Of a stretch of DNA of 64,000 nt, positions 46,314-56,983 are shown in pieces (position 1 is the first letter of the stretch; every line of letters starts with the position of its first letter). The translations under genes were made by a program, and so were the position numbers. Below the pieces are notes generated by a model. That model searched no databases, was not told the DNA's origin, and worked only from the letters and a program-made list of their open reading frames with translations. The DNA comes from an uncultured virus (IMG/VR IMGVR_UViG_3300030107_003727) (lineage: Duplodnaviria > Heunggongvirae > Uroviricota > Caudoviricetes), in IMG/VR virus record IMGVR_UViG_3300030107_003727, one strand, 5' to 3'.

Positions 46314-48110
46314 ATGCGCCGTAATCTTCATGGGATGAGGCAGGACATGACCTTGCGCTCTGCGTTGGAGAGCAAGAAATTGGAGAAAAGAAAACAACAG
46401 GGCATGGAAGAAGCAATGCAACGGCGCAGTCGCCGTTCAGGCAGAAGAGTATTTCGTGACCCACAAAATTTAGCGAGATTTGCTGGGGCCGCCGAAGACC
46501 GAAGGTATGACCGATCTGTACAGGAGATGAGAGATCAGCAGCCCATTGACATGGATGACACCATTGTTGAGTCGGGCGGTCAACAATACCGATACGACTC
46601 TGAGGTAGATAAATTTACCCCGGTCAATTTTAACCCAAGAACAAACAGTTACGAATCTGCTTTGCCGGATGAAAAGGACAAAAAGAAATCCGGCGGCGGC
46701 GGCGGCGGAGGCGGTGGTGGTAGTGGGTCACAGACAGACGCTTTTAAGGTTGCAAAGTCAAACTTTGACAAGCAGATGACTGAGTTGCGCAAACTGTCAG
46801 AAACAGACGAGCAGTTTGGTGACACCTATAGGGAGTTTCAGCAGGAATACAACGAGATTCTTCGTTCACCTGATTTGCGTCCTGAAGAAAGGGATGCCGC
46901 ACTTACTGACTTGTTTGACAGGGGCGCAGAAACATTTGAACAAACCAGTGGCTACCGGCGGCAGGCTGCTGAAGCGGAGCAAAAACAAAGATCAGAAACT
47001 GCAAAAGCAAAACGCGACGAAGAAATGCAGTACAAAAACCGTCGCGCGCTGGAAGCAAAAGATCAAATTCGTCGGCAACAAGAAAATGCTCGTTACGAAG
47101 ATCGCAAGGTCCGGCAGAAACACAGCGAGACAACGCAAAATTTGGACAAGGCATACGCTGGGTACAAAGAACAGTTTGAGGCTCAACAGGCAGGCTCGTT
47201 CGCAATGCCCGGCGAAGAAGAAAAGCCACTGTCCCTTGAGGAGTTTACTGCAAAGCACTACCGCACAATGCACGAGGACGAAGCAATCTCTGACGAGATT
47301 CGTTCAGTGGATGGCAACCTCTCTATCTTGGAAACAGAGTTGGGCCAACTGCAAGATGAAGACCCTCTTGCCTACCGCGATCAGTTGACAGAAATTTACG
47401 GGCAAGGCAGACAAGAAGAAGCCGATGCTGCGTTCCAAGATTATCAAAACACTAGAGCGGCAAAAATTGCTGGCGTTACACGGCGTATTGGAGAAATGAA
47501 AGCACAGCGCAAAGAACTCATGGATTCTAAGTCGAATGTGTACGATGAAAAATACCGCAGTGCAACTGCGGTTGAAGAGCGTCGCAACCGGAACCTTACG
47601 GCAATCAGTGAAACGCAAAAGGTGCAAGAAGAAGAGCGACCGGGAACACTCGGATATACTTTCCTCAACCGTGGCGCACGACAGATGGAAGAAATCCAAG
47701 AGGGGACAAGGAAGGTTGCAGCAGGCACAGAAAAACTGGCTACACGAGAAGCCATGTTGCAGCGTGACTCAAACCCAATGAGTCCAACCTTTGGTCAGTC
47801 CACAAGAACCGACTCGCCTGAGTACATCGCTGACTTGTCTGGCGACAGGACACTGCTTGGCAGTTTGCGTCGTCTTGCAGAGTCAGAGAATGACCCTGCG
47901 AAGCGCAAGAAGTACGGCGGCGAGGACGTTTACAAGCAGCAAAGATTGCGTGCAATTCAAGCAATCGAAAAGGTCATCCAAAAAGAATCGCCTGCTGGTA
48001 GCGACGAGGCTGCTGGAATTGACATTCGGACCAAGGCTGTTGAGCGTTTGAACCAGATTATGCGGTTTGAGCAAAGCCTTGATAAAGAACAGATGGGTGG
48101 ACGAGGGTAA
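46314..48110 (+). CDS. Coiled-coil putative internal virion/ejection protein (copy B)
   Basis: Homologue of 2-1549. Confidence 0.65.
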   Translation: MRRNLHGMRQDMTLRSALESKKLEKRKQQGMEEAMQRRSRRSGRRVFRDPQNLARFAGAAEDRRYDRSVQEMRDQQPIDMDDTIVESGGQQYRYDSEVDKFTPVNFNPRTNSYESALPDEKDKKKSGGGGGGGGGGSGSQTDAFKVAKSNFDKQMTELRKLSETDEQFGDTYREFQQEYNEILRSPDLRPEERDAALTDLFDRGAETFEQTSGYRRQAAEAEQKQRSETAKAKRDEEMQYKNRRALEAKDQIRRQQENARYEDRKVRQKHSETTQNLDKAYAGYKEQFEAQQAGSFAMPGEEEKPLSLEEFTAKHYRTMHEDEAISDEIRSVDGNLSILETELGQLQDEDPLAYRDQLTEIYGQGRQEEADAAFQDYQNTRAAKIAGVTRRIGEMKAQRKELMDSKSNVYDEKYRSATAVEERRNRNLTAISETQKVQEEERPGTLGYTFLNRGARQMEEIQEGTRKVAAGTEKLATREAMLQRDSNPMSPTFGQSTRTDSPEYIADLSGDRTLLGSLRRLAESENDPAKRKKYGGEDVYKQQRLRAIQAIEKVIQKESPAGSDEAAGIDIRTKAVERLNQIMRFEQSLDKEQMGGRG

Positions 48111-48112
48111 TA

Positions 48113-51100
48113 ATGAGCCAAGTGCAACCTAACCCTGACCCAAAGCCAGAACCTGAACCAACGCCAGAAGAGCAGTTTGAAAGCAAGGTTGGTGCATTTG
48201 CGGAGCAAAGAAAAGCACGCAAATTTTACAGCAACCAAGACTACACCTTTGGCGATGACGATGTTCTTGAATCTGAAATTAGCGGTATTGGGGCGCGTTT
48301 TCAAGCGGGAATGGACGCTATTGAAAAAGCGAAAGAGTTCGATGCAAAAGGGCCAAGGTTTGAAGCCCCTGAGAATGCTGCTGATATCGAGCAGCAGTTG
48401 TTCCAAAGAGACATTCAACTTCAAGCAAGAAACGAAGAAGAAAGAATTAACCACCGTCTCAACCTTGCGAAAGAAGAGCGGCTAGACCAGATACGTCAAG
48501 ATACAAAGAGGATGTATCGCCAAGAAGACATGACTCCTTCGGAGCAGTCACGGCAAGCGTCAATCTTGCGTAAGTTCAGAAAGAAGGAACTTGAGCGCAA
48601 ATATACTTTGGACGACGTAGTAGAACAGGGTCGGGTTTTTAACCCAAACCAGTTTGCCAGCGTTCCAATTATGGACGACGAGGGTAACTATGTTGGTCGT
48701 GCAAGACTAAACCGTAAGTATTACGACGAGTCAGGTCAAATCCTTCCCAACTCAGTCACGCGAAAAGAGTTGGATGAAATGGGATACGACGAGCCTGCGG
48801 GCGAGTTGGTTATGTTTGACCAGAACGCTACGCCTGACTCTGTGTTTAAGTTCCTCAACCGGAACGGTGATGGGACAAAACTGGCGCAGTATGCAAAGCA
48901 CCTTGACGAACTGGACATTCTGTACAAACGAAACATGGACCCGCTTGAGCGCATTTCTGCTGGTGTGCAACATGTGGTTGTTGAAGGGTTTCTTAAGTCT
49001 ACGCAAAACCAACTTTTAAGTTTTGGGTCTGTCATCAACGATATTATTCTTCGCGCCAGCAACGGTAAGGCTGGCACTTCTGAGTTTGATTTTCAGGCCG
49101 CCCGCGCAAAAATGCGTCCTGTTTACGTCGATGATCTTCCTACGGAAATTGCAAGCGGAGTGGCACAAGCAATTCCCGCCCTTGTTGCTGTTGCTGTTAC
49201 GGCTTACGCAACTAAGAACCCTGCGGCGGCTGCTCGTGTAGGCGCAGGTGGTTTGCGTCAACTGGCTGGTCGAGCAATTCTCAACGGTAGCCAAGGGCTG
49301 TTTGCAAACAGCATGGCTTACCTTGCATACAAGGGAGACTTTGAAGCCGAGTATTTGCAGCAAGGCATGAGCAAAGAGGATGCAACTTTTAACGCATACC
49401 TTGATGCTGGAGCAGGTGTTTTGGCGACTTTGTTCTCAACCAAACTGCTTGCTGGCACAGGGTCTTTCTTGATGAAAAACAAGAAGTTCCAAGAGGCTTT
49501 TGTTGCCGCAGCAAGGTACAAAATGCCTCACATTATGGCTACTGGATTTACCCGAGAAGCCATTCAAGAAGGGTTAGACGAAGCCTTCCATACCTCGTTG
49601 ACCGCTGTTGTTGACCGCGCTGACTTGTTTGGTGTGCGGGAGGATGGCGACTGGATGATTGGTGCGCGGGAGTTGCTAATGTCTGCCCTTGTTGGCGGCA
49701 CGATTGGTGGATCGTTTGGTGCAGGTCTTGACATGGTGTCTGTCACCAACGCTATTGATGCAGAGTTCAAGAAGGGCAGGGGTCCAAAGGTTGGCGAAGA
49801 GGCTCGCGGGCCAGATGGTCAACCGTTGGATTATGTTGCTGGCGATAACACTTACGATGCAAACACTGGCGAGAAAATTAGCGACCCAGATGCTGTTGAC
49901 CCAACCTCTCCAGACGGCAAGACATATTCCCAAAACCGTGTTTTGCGAAAAGGAAAAGTTCCTAAAGTTACAGAAGAGAACCAAGCAAAGTATGAGCGGG
50001 AGTGGAAAAAGCGGTTCTACCAAAATTTTGTAAAGTCACAAATTGAGGAAACAACTACTGGCGAACGCCACAGTTTTCTCAAAGAAGCCGTCAACCGCTT
50101 GCGCGACTTTTCTTTGACCAAGGGTATGGACCCAGAAATGTTTGGCGACCCTCGAACCGAGGTTTACCGTGGCGGGGGTCAAGCAAGTGGGCAAAGAAAA
50201 ATTGACCTTGTCAGTACGGATGCAGAACTTGCGTATGCTCTTGCTGGTGAAACACCACCCAACGATGCGCGTCTTGGAGAAAATACCAGCACGCGAGATG
50301 GGCGTGGGTTTGGAAAACTAGAGGGAGATTCGCGCAAAGACTACGAGCGCGCTGGTCTTGGGTGGATGGTCAAAGGGATGAACCAGCAGCAGCGTGCTGC
50401 TTTGCGTCTCAAGGCGCAAGAAAGTGTTGCTCGACACAAGAACGAAGTCAGCCGACAGGATGCTCGTGCGCAAGAAATGCTTGACAAAGCAAGCAAGGCG
50501 TACGGCGGTTATGTCCCGCCAGAGGTTGAACTAAAGATTCGTGCAAAAGCAGAAGCCGACGTACGACAAGAAATAGAAGAAGAAACCAGCGCACAGGCGT
50601 GGCTAGACAGAGAAGACTCCGGCCCATCACCACGGGACAAGGTTGGCCCAAGAACCCCAGTCGAAGGTGTTCCTCCCGCTGAACAAGTTGTTGCTGCTGC
50701 CCAAGAGGCTGCCCTGCCTTTGCCAACAGATCCCGAAGAGGGGACAGATGCTCGTCAGGAGCGGCGAAGCGCCCCAAGGCGGTTTGTTGAACGACTTGTT
50801 AAGCGGTACAAAAACGCAGGCAAGGTAAAGGGTGATGTTGTTGAAGCGCCCTCGCAAGAAGCAAAAGATTTGCAAGACGCAATGATGCAAATTGGCGTGC
50901 CCGTGGTATTTGTTGAAGGAATGACTGGGGGTGAGGCTGCTGTGCGTGACCGCGACACAGGGGTTATCTTGGTCAACGCAGCAAACTTCTCTGATATTGC
51001 AAGTCCTGAAATCAGGAACACTGCAATCTCCGCAGTCGTTGCTCACGAGTTTGTACACACGCTCCAATCAGAACACCCGCAGGCATACGCCGCGTTGACC

Positions 51101-54100
51101 AAAGCACTTGGTGATGTAAGTCCTGAGTTGTTTATGGAGTCTGCTCGCGCCTTCCTTGTTGACAAAGCGGCAACACGAGCAAGAGAGAAAGGCATCGAGT
51201 TGCCCGATCAAGACTTCACTGATTCGGAGTTGATTGATCTCATCAAGAACAACCCAGAGGTTGCTCTTGAGATTGTTCCATACGCGGTGCAAAACCTTGT
51301 TGAGAACATTACTGTTGACGCTGAAGGCAAGGTCGGAACAGGCACAAAGAAATACCAGCGCGAAGCACTTGTCAACGCAATGAAAGGTATGCCGCGCAAA
51401 GGCTTAAATCGGTTCCTGTTTAGAATGCGAAACATGTTTACTGCCATGAAGTCAAGCGGAAGTTTGACTCAAGCATGGAAGAGCATGAAGAATTGGGACG
51501 CTTTGATTGATGCGTTCGAGATCGCGGCGGCTGACTTTGGTCAGGTTGGACCGTTGGACACAGAGGGGCCAGTCGGTCCAGACGGCGCTTTGCCGGAAGG
51601 TCGCGCGCCACCGCAACTGCCCGAAGGTCGTGACCCTGCTTTGCCAGAGGGTCGTAGCCCCGCTTTGCCACAAGGGCGCAATCCCGCTTTGCCAGAGGCA
51701 GAGACGCTCGAAGAGGCAATCGGTGCTGCACTTGAAATTGCTGACTCCACCGAAAGTCTTGATGACATTCGTGAAGAGCGAGTTCGCGGGGCGGAAGGTA
51801 GACAGATGCAGTTTGAGTTCCCAGAAGGAACTTCATCACATGTGTTTGAGCAACCCGTTGTTGACCCGCCAGTGCAAACTGACCCGCTTGACCGTTCGTC
51901 TACACGCGCAAAGCGAAGCCGTGCAAAAGAGTTGGCTGATCGCAGAAAACAGGTGGGTAAGGCGGCAGCAAACCACGCAAGGCGTTTGGCTAAACAGCGG
52001 CGCAAGATTGTGGCAGACAGAATCCTTTCTGAGCGGGCAGATACAGGGTCTAGCAATCCTCAACATGCCGCAAAAGGCATTGCAAGAAACATTGTTACTG
52101 AGTCTATGGATGCGGCGGAACAAGGTTTGCGCCTGACGCAAGGGCCGCCCACTAAAGCACAGGTTGTTCAGCAAACCATTCGAGACATGCTTGAAGAAGA
52201 CCCAGAAGGGTATGAGGGCATTCTCCCCGCGCTTATTAATTACGCAGTTACTGATGGCGGCATGTCTCAGGCCGACGCTGAAGCCTTTGTATTTACTGCT
52301 ACACAGAAGGGGCATATCAAAGAGGGACAGGCTGTTTTTGAACAGGGTATGTTCTCTGACTCGGTTGAAGTTGCAGTGAGTATGCGCGGCGACTTTGACC
52401 AAGACAATGTTGCCGATGAGGAAGTTGATTACGACGCATCCAGAATTCCGCGTAACTGGGAGTCCAGAACCCTACCGACAAGAGACAAAAGTTTTGGGCG
52501 TTTGCACAAGAAGTTTGGTCGCCCCAAAATTACAGTCACAGGAAGAACCGAAGTCCAGTCCGATAACGCTTACGACCTTATGAGGCAGGCTGCATACGAA
52601 GAATTTAACTTGTCCGACAGTGATTTCCAAGATTTGTTTGATGAAATACAGAACGGGACTGCGGACCCCCAAGCACAACAGTTGTTTATAGACATCCAAG
52701 ATGAGTTAGACGTTCACGAAAACTACTACAAATCAAGAGTCACAACAGGAACACCCATTGATATTGGCGACTTGGCAAAGGAAGAACTTCCCGATCTTTC
52801 GGTGGGTGGTTATCTTGCTGTTGAGGTAGAGATTCCTCCACCCGCCGGACATATCCCGCAAAGGGCTATGGATTTGGATTCAAACCAACGCCGAAGAAGG
52901 GGATCGCAAGATGAAACTATGCTTGGCCCTCATACGCCAAGAGCGCGCGAGTGGTTGGAAAGACAGCCTAACTACATATTGAGAATCGTCATGGACGGTG
53001 AAACGGGAGACGGCAGTGTTGGACTTTCGTTTATGGTCGCTGCTCCGGGCAGTAGAGATATGGATTATGGGCAGCAAATCAATCAGCCCAAAGAGGTCTC
53101 GCAATACATTTTCGGCGTTGTAGATCGTGTGGTCCGTTCTGCTGGTGCAAAAGGATTGTTTGACCGTGGTGGAGCAGCGTTTAGTGGATCAGACAACAAC
53201 CCTAAGCGGCAAGATTTGTACCGCAGATATGTGTACCAAGTTGCCGCCGCTTTGCGAAACCGTGGGGTTCGGTCGGCTGTTGTCGAATCCTACAACTTGG
53301 CTGGCGGTGGCAGTACATCGGCATTTGTTCTTCAAGATGAAGATGGCAAGATCAACTCTGGAACCGAACAAGGTACTGCCATTGTCAACAACTTGGAGAG
53401 GACGAGACGGACAAACGAAAATGTAATAGATGGAATCGAAAACGCAATAAGTTCATTTAGCCAGCCAGACATTCTTCCTGACAACGTGGTTCGTGCTGCT
53501 GAAAATGTTGTTCTTGCTTTGACTGACGTTAGCCTAATGGCTAATGACCAAACACAACAGGTTTCCAACAACAAGTTCAAGGACCGCACCCCTGAAGAAA
53601 GCCGTCAAGACTTTGAAAACCAGATAAATAAGCACAATGATGTTATTGACAAGATTGATGTTTTAGTCGAAGTTGCGGGTGAAGCAAGGCTGCGAGCATC
53701 AGCCAATGGTGACTCTGCGCTTGTGGCGGCACTGGATCAATTTGTGGAAGTGAAAGAGAGGGTTCACCTAACTAGGGTTACTTTGGATGTCCCGCCAAGC
53801 GCAAAAGTAGACGTTGATGTTAAGTATGACGCATCCATGATGAACGGGCGGTCGTTGGCTGGACTGTTTAGAAGCCGTGGCGACTTGCCGCCCGGTGTGT
53901 TTGACGCAAAGTTCCGCAAAGACTCACGCATCCGTGCGGCACAGGATCAGGTCAACTTCCGCGCCTCACAACTTTCGGCTGCTGTATCTGCTGAAGCAAA
54001 AGAAGCGGGCATGAGCAAAGAGCAGTTGACGCAACTGGTTGACTTGGCATTGAAAGATACGCGGATGATGGAAAAGTTGCCATCCAGAACCCGCACCGCT

Positions 54101-56485
54101 GCGGAAGGGATGCGGAATGACATTGACAAGATGACCGACCTGCTGATTGACATTGGTGCAATCTCTGGTGAATTGGCTGTATCTGTTCGAGCAAACAAAG
54201 GCTTTTATGTCCACCGATCCTATCGCGTGTTTGACGACCCTAACTGGGCAAAGAAGGTTCCAAAAGACGTACGAAACAAAATGAAAAGATACCTCATCCG
54301 CACTGCTGCGGAAGATGGCAAAAGGATGACTGATGAAGAGGCAGAAATTATTGTCAAACAACTTTTGCTCAAAGGTGCTGAGTCTGATTCACCAATGGCT
54401 ATTCTTGCATCGGGTAAAGGTGGCGTTGTTGCTGATGTATTGAAGCGGCGCAAAAAAATCGCTCCAGAACTTGCCGCCCTATGGGGTGAGTACGACGACC
54501 CGAATGTCAACTACGGCAAGTCCATGCAAAAGATGGCGCAACTTGCTGCAACGTGGCGGTTCACAAATGAAACTGCAAGAGAAGGTTCTGGGTCGTTTAT
54601 CTTTGACGAAGCACAGGGTGACGCGGTTGTGCAGTTCCCAACCGACAGGGGCCGGTATGGTGGTCTTGCAGGCAAGTACACCACTCCCGAGTTTATGAAC
54701 GCTTGGGAGAATGCGCACACTACTGAGACTAACACTAGCGCAGTGGCTGGCGTGTATTACCGGGGTGTTGCTGCGGTCAAGTGGGGCAAAACCATTGGTT
54801 CGCCAATGACCCATGTTAGGAACATGGTTGGCAACATTGGCTTTGCTATCGCCAACGGTCATGTTGGGTTGAATAGTGCTGGTGCGGTAGCAGACCTTTG
54901 GAACACGATGCCATTCGTCAAGTCATGGAAGAGCGGAGAGAAAGAGAGGGCGCAGCAGGAGTACAACAGACTTGTTGAACTTGGGGTTGTGCAGGGCGGC
55001 AATGTTCAAGACATTATTGACTTGATTGATGCTGCAAACGAAACGGGCTTGACTGTTCCTGACTTCCTTAAACAGTTGCAGGACAACACTGTTGCTCGTG
55101 TTGCTGGCAAATCTGCTGAGGCTTTGATTGATGCTGCAAACCGGCTGTACTCGTTTGAAGACGACGCATGGAAAATTTATGCGTTCTCGTTTGAGAAGCA
55201 GCGTTATGAAGAGGCTTACACCAAGGCGGGACAGCCTGTACCAACAGACCTTGATGAGCGTGTTGCAAAAATAATTAGGGACACTTACCCGAACTACAAC
55301 ATGCCGGGTCGTTTGCTTCGTGGTTTGCGTCGCACCCCGTTTGTAGGCACGTTTGTGTCATTCCCGTTTGAGGTGCTGCGTACGGGTGTGGAGCGTTTGC
55401 GTATTACCCACGGGGAATTGAGCGACCCCGTACTTCGCGGTATCGGCATGAAGCGTGCGATGGGACAACTTGTTGCATACAACATGGGCTGGTCATTTGC
55501 AAAAACAGTGACTGCACTGTTTGGTATCGACGAGGACGAAGTTGATGCACTGCGAGAAATGGTTCCACCGTGGGCGCAAAACTCTCCGCTGATCGTGTAC
55601 AAAAATGAGAAGGGCCAATACGAGTACATTGACATTGGCTACACCGATCCGTTTGCGTACTTTGCAAGACCTGTTTATGCGTTGATGCGTGGAGAGAGTT
55701 TCAACGAAGCCATGTTCGGATCTTCGGACGGCCTGCGTCGTGGTGCTATGGATGAGATTCTTGCACCATTCATTGAAGAAGACATGGTGTTTGGTTCACT
55801 TCTTGAGGCTTACAACGGAAAGACCAAGAGTGGTCGCCCGCTGTACGCTCGTGCAGATAGCCGAATGATAAAAATTCAGAAACTTGCCGAACATATTGCT
55901 GGCGACTTTGCACCGGGCGCATACAACCAGTTGTTCAAAATTCCGATGCGTATTTTGCAGGACAAGACTGATGACTACGGCAATTCCTACAACTGGAGAA
56001 GTCACGCTCTGTCAATCGCAACAGGGTTTAAGCAACAGCCAATTAATCCTGAGCAGGCTTTCTCGTTCCACTGCCGAACCTTTGCCAAAATGGAGATCGA
56101 ACTTCGTGGTCAGTTGACGCGAGTGGCCGGTCGTGCAGGCACAGTTGACGACAGCGAGTTAGAGTTTGCGTACAACACCGTGAACGCGGCGCGCGAGCAA
56201 AACCTCAGGGGCTTCCAGCGTATCCTGAGGGCGGCTGATCGTTTGAATATCCCAGAACGCCGCCGCGCAGAGTTGATGTATTCAGCAGGGGTAGCGCGCA
56301 AAAATATCCCAGCGTTGATTCGGAACGTACACATTCCGGTACAGATCGACTCAGATTTCCTTGAGCGGAATGTGCGAAGATCCAAACTCAACAACCCTGA
56401 TGCCCCGTTGTCGCAGCGAGATGAAACCAGACGGCGCTTGCTCAAACTGCGCGCGCTGCAAAAGGAAGCAACCTCAAGTCGTTAG
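48113..56485 (+). CDS. Giant polyvalent/ejection protein (2790 aa, copy B)
   Basis: HEFVH at 51044-51058; N- and C-terminal regions homologous to copy A; no ART motifs. Confidence 0.8.
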   Translation: MSQVQPNPDPKPEPEPTPEEQFESKVGAFAEQRKARKFYSNQDYTFGDDDVLESEISGIGARFQAGMDAIEKAKEFDAKGPRFEAPENAADIEQQLFQRDIQLQARNEEERINHRLNLAKEERLDQIRQDTKRMYRQEDMTPSEQSRQASILRKFRKKELERKYTLDDVVEQGRVFNPNQFASVPIMDDEGNYVGRARLNRKYYDESGQILPNSVTRKELDEMGYDEPAGELVMFDQNATPDSVFKFLNRNGDGTKLAQYAKHLDELDILYKRNMDPLERISAGVQHVVVEGFLKSTQNQLLSFGSVINDIILRASNGKAGTSEFDFQAARAKMRPVYVDDLPTEIASGVAQAIPALVAVAVTAYATKNPAAAARVGAGGLRQLAGRAILNGSQGLFANSMAYLAYKGDFEAEYLQQGMSKEDATFNAYLDAGAGVLATLFSTKLLAGTGSFLMKNKKFQEAFVAAARYKMPHIMATGFTREAIQEGLDEAFHTSLTAVVDRADLFGVREDGDWMIGARELLMSALVGGTIGGSFGAGLDMVSVTNAIDAEFKKGRGPKVGEEARGPDGQPLDYVAGDNTYDANTGEKISDPDAVDPTSPDGKTYSQNRVLRKGKVPKVTEENQAKYEREWKKRFYQNFVKSQIEETTTGERHSFLKEAVNRLRDFSLTKGMDPEMFGDPRTEVYRGGGQASGQRKIDLVSTDAELAYALAGETPPNDARLGENTSTRDGRGFGKLEGDSRKDYERAGLGWMVKGMNQQQRAALRLKAQESVARHKNEVSRQDARAQEMLDKASKAYGGYVPPEVELKIRAKAEADVRQEIEEETSAQAWLDREDSGPSPRDKVGPRTPVEGVPPAEQVVAAAQEAALPLPTDPEEGTDARQERRSAPRRFVERLVKRYKNAGKVKGDVVEAPSQEAKDLQDAMMQIGVPVVFVEGMTGGEAAVRDRDTGVILVNAANFSDIASPEIRNTAISAVVAHEFVHTLQSEHPQAYAALTKALGDVSPELFMESARAFLVDKAATRAREKGIELPDQDFTDSELIDLIKNNPEVALEIVPYAVQNLVENITVDAEGKVGTGTKKYQREALVNAMKGMPRKGLNRFLFRMRNMFTAMKSSGSLTQAWKSMKNWDALIDAFEIAAADFGQVGPLDTEGPVGPDGALPEGRAPPQLPEGRDPALPEGRSPALPQGRNPALPEAETLEEAIGAALEIADSTESLDDIREERVRGAEGRQMQFEFPEGTSSHVFEQPVVDPPVQTDPLDRSSTRAKRSRAKELADRRKQVGKAAANHARRLAKQRRKIVADRILSERADTGSSNPQHAAKGIARNIVTESMDAAEQGLRLTQGPPTKAQVVQQTIRDMLEEDPEGYEGILPALINYAVTDGGMSQADAEAFVFTATQKGHIKEGQAVFEQGMFSDSVEVAVSMRGDFDQDNVADEEVDYDASRIPRNWESRTLPTRDKSFGRLHKKFGRPKITVTGRTEVQSDNAYDLMRQAAYEEFNLSDSDFQDLFDEIQNGTADPQAQQLFIDIQDELDVHENYYKSRVTTGTPIDIGDLAKEELPDLSVGGYLAVEVEIPPPAGHIPQRAMDLDSNQRRRRGSQDETMLGPHTPRAREWLERQPNYILRIVMDGETGDGSVGLSFMVAAPGSRDMDYGQQINQPKEVSQYIFGVVDRVVRSAGAKGLFDRGGAAFSGSDNNPKRQDLYRRYVYQVAAALRNRGVRSAVVESYNLAGGGSTSAFVLQDEDGKINSGTEQGTAIVNNLERTRRTNENVIDGIENAISSFSQPDILPDNVVRAAENVVLALTDVSLMANDQTQQVSNNKFKDRTPEESRQDFENQINKHNDVIDKIDVLVEVAGEARLRASANGDSALVAALDQFVEVKERVHLTRVTLDVPPSAKVDVDVKYDASMMNGRSLAGLFRSRGDLPPGVFDAKFRKDSRIRAAQDQVNFRASQLSAAVSAEAKEAGMSKEQLTQLVDLALKDTRMMEKLPSRTRTAAEGMRNDIDKMTDLLIDIGAISGELAVSVRANKGFYVHRSYRVFDDPNWAKKVPKDVRNKMKRYLIRTAAEDGKRMTDEEAEIIVKQLLLKGAESDSPMAILASGKGGVVADVLKRRKKIAPELAALWGEYDDPNVNYGKSMQKMAQLAATWRFTNETAREGSGSFIFDEAQGDAVVQFPTDRGRYGGLAGKYTTPEFMNAWENAHTTETNTSAVAGVYYRGVAAVKWGKTIGSPMTHVRNMVGNIGFAIANGHVGLNSAGAVADLWNTMPFVKSWKSGEKERAQQEYNRLVELGVVQGGNVQDIIDLIDAANETGLTVPDFLKQLQDNTVARVAGKSAEALIDAANRLYSFEDDAWKIYAFSFEKQRYEEAYTKAGQPVPTDLDERVAKIIRDTYPNYNMPGRLLRGLRRTPFVGTFVSFPFEVLRTGVERLRITHGELSDPVLRGIGMKRAMGQLVAYNMGWSFAKTVTALFGIDEDEVDALREMVPPWAQNSPLIVYKNEKGQYEYIDIGYTDPFAYFARPVYALMRGESFNEAMFGSSDGLRRGAMDEILAPFIEEDMVFGSLLEAYNGKTKSGRPLYARADSRMIKIQKLAEHIAGDFAPGAYNQLFKIPMRILQDKTDDYGNSYNWRSHALSIATGFKQQPINPEQAFSFHCRTFAKMEIELRGQLTRVAGRAGTVDDSELEFAYNTVNAAREQNLRGFQRILRAADRLNIPERRRAELMYSAGVARKNIPALIRNVHIPVQIDSDFLERNVRRSKLNNPDAPLSQRDETRRRLLKLRALQKEATSSR
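51587..51700 (+). repeat. 24-nt coding tandem repeat (ALPEGRxP)
   Basis: ALPEGRAPPQLPEGRDPALPEGRSPALPQGRNPALPEA. Confidence 0.85.
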
Positions 56486-56500
56486 ACCTGAGGTTGCTTC
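56465..56500. terminator. Terminator-like hairpin overlapping giant gene stop
   Basis: GAAGCAACCTCA/TGAGGTTGCTTC 12-bp stem; CTTTT follows on the minus strand. Confidence 0.6.
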
Positions 56501-56510
56501 AGCCGGGGGG

Positions 56511-56590
56511 GTTGTCGCCTCGCCGCACACGCGGACCTTATTCGAGGCAAACACCAAGGGGGAGGGTGGATTCCCCCTTGGCGCGGAGGT
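56511..56590 (-). promoter_or_regulatory. Conserved double-hairpin element (copy B)
   Basis: Covaries with 12498-12577. Confidence 0.65.
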
Positions 56591-56593
56591 GTG

Positions 56594-56971
56594 TCAGAAG
56601 GGAACTTCGTCTTGGTTTACAGGTTGTTGCGGAGCAACAGGCTGCTGAGGGGGAGATGTTTGCGCAGCCCCCTGTGGAAGACGACAACGGACACATGGCA
56701 TCACCCGTCCTTGGAATGATGCTTGGTCTTGATACAGTTCAATCTGACGACCTGCCCACTGCTCAGTTTGAGGACCGAGGGCACTGGACAGGGTGTTTGC
56801 GTTTGTCTTGTTCAAGACAAACTTTTGTTGAGATTCATTGAAAGAGATTGCGGGTTTTTGAGTTCCATCCTGCATCTGTTCGATTGACACGTCAGCAATC
56901 GTCAGAGTCCGTGGCTGCGCCACATCCGCCGCCTTGAAATATGTTCCGGGGAAAGCATCGTTGATATTCAT
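56594..56971 (-). CDS. Putative SSB (copy B)
   Basis: Homologue of 12612-12983; ends QDEVPF. Confidence 0.7.
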   Translation of the reverse strand: MNINDAFPGTYFKAADVAQPRTLTIADVSIEQMQDGTQKPAISFNESQQKFVLNKTNANTLSSALGPQTEQWAGRQIELYQDQASFQGRVMPCVRCRLPQGAAQTSPPQQPVAPQQPVNQDEVPF

Positions 56972-56983
56972 GTTGAAGTTCCT

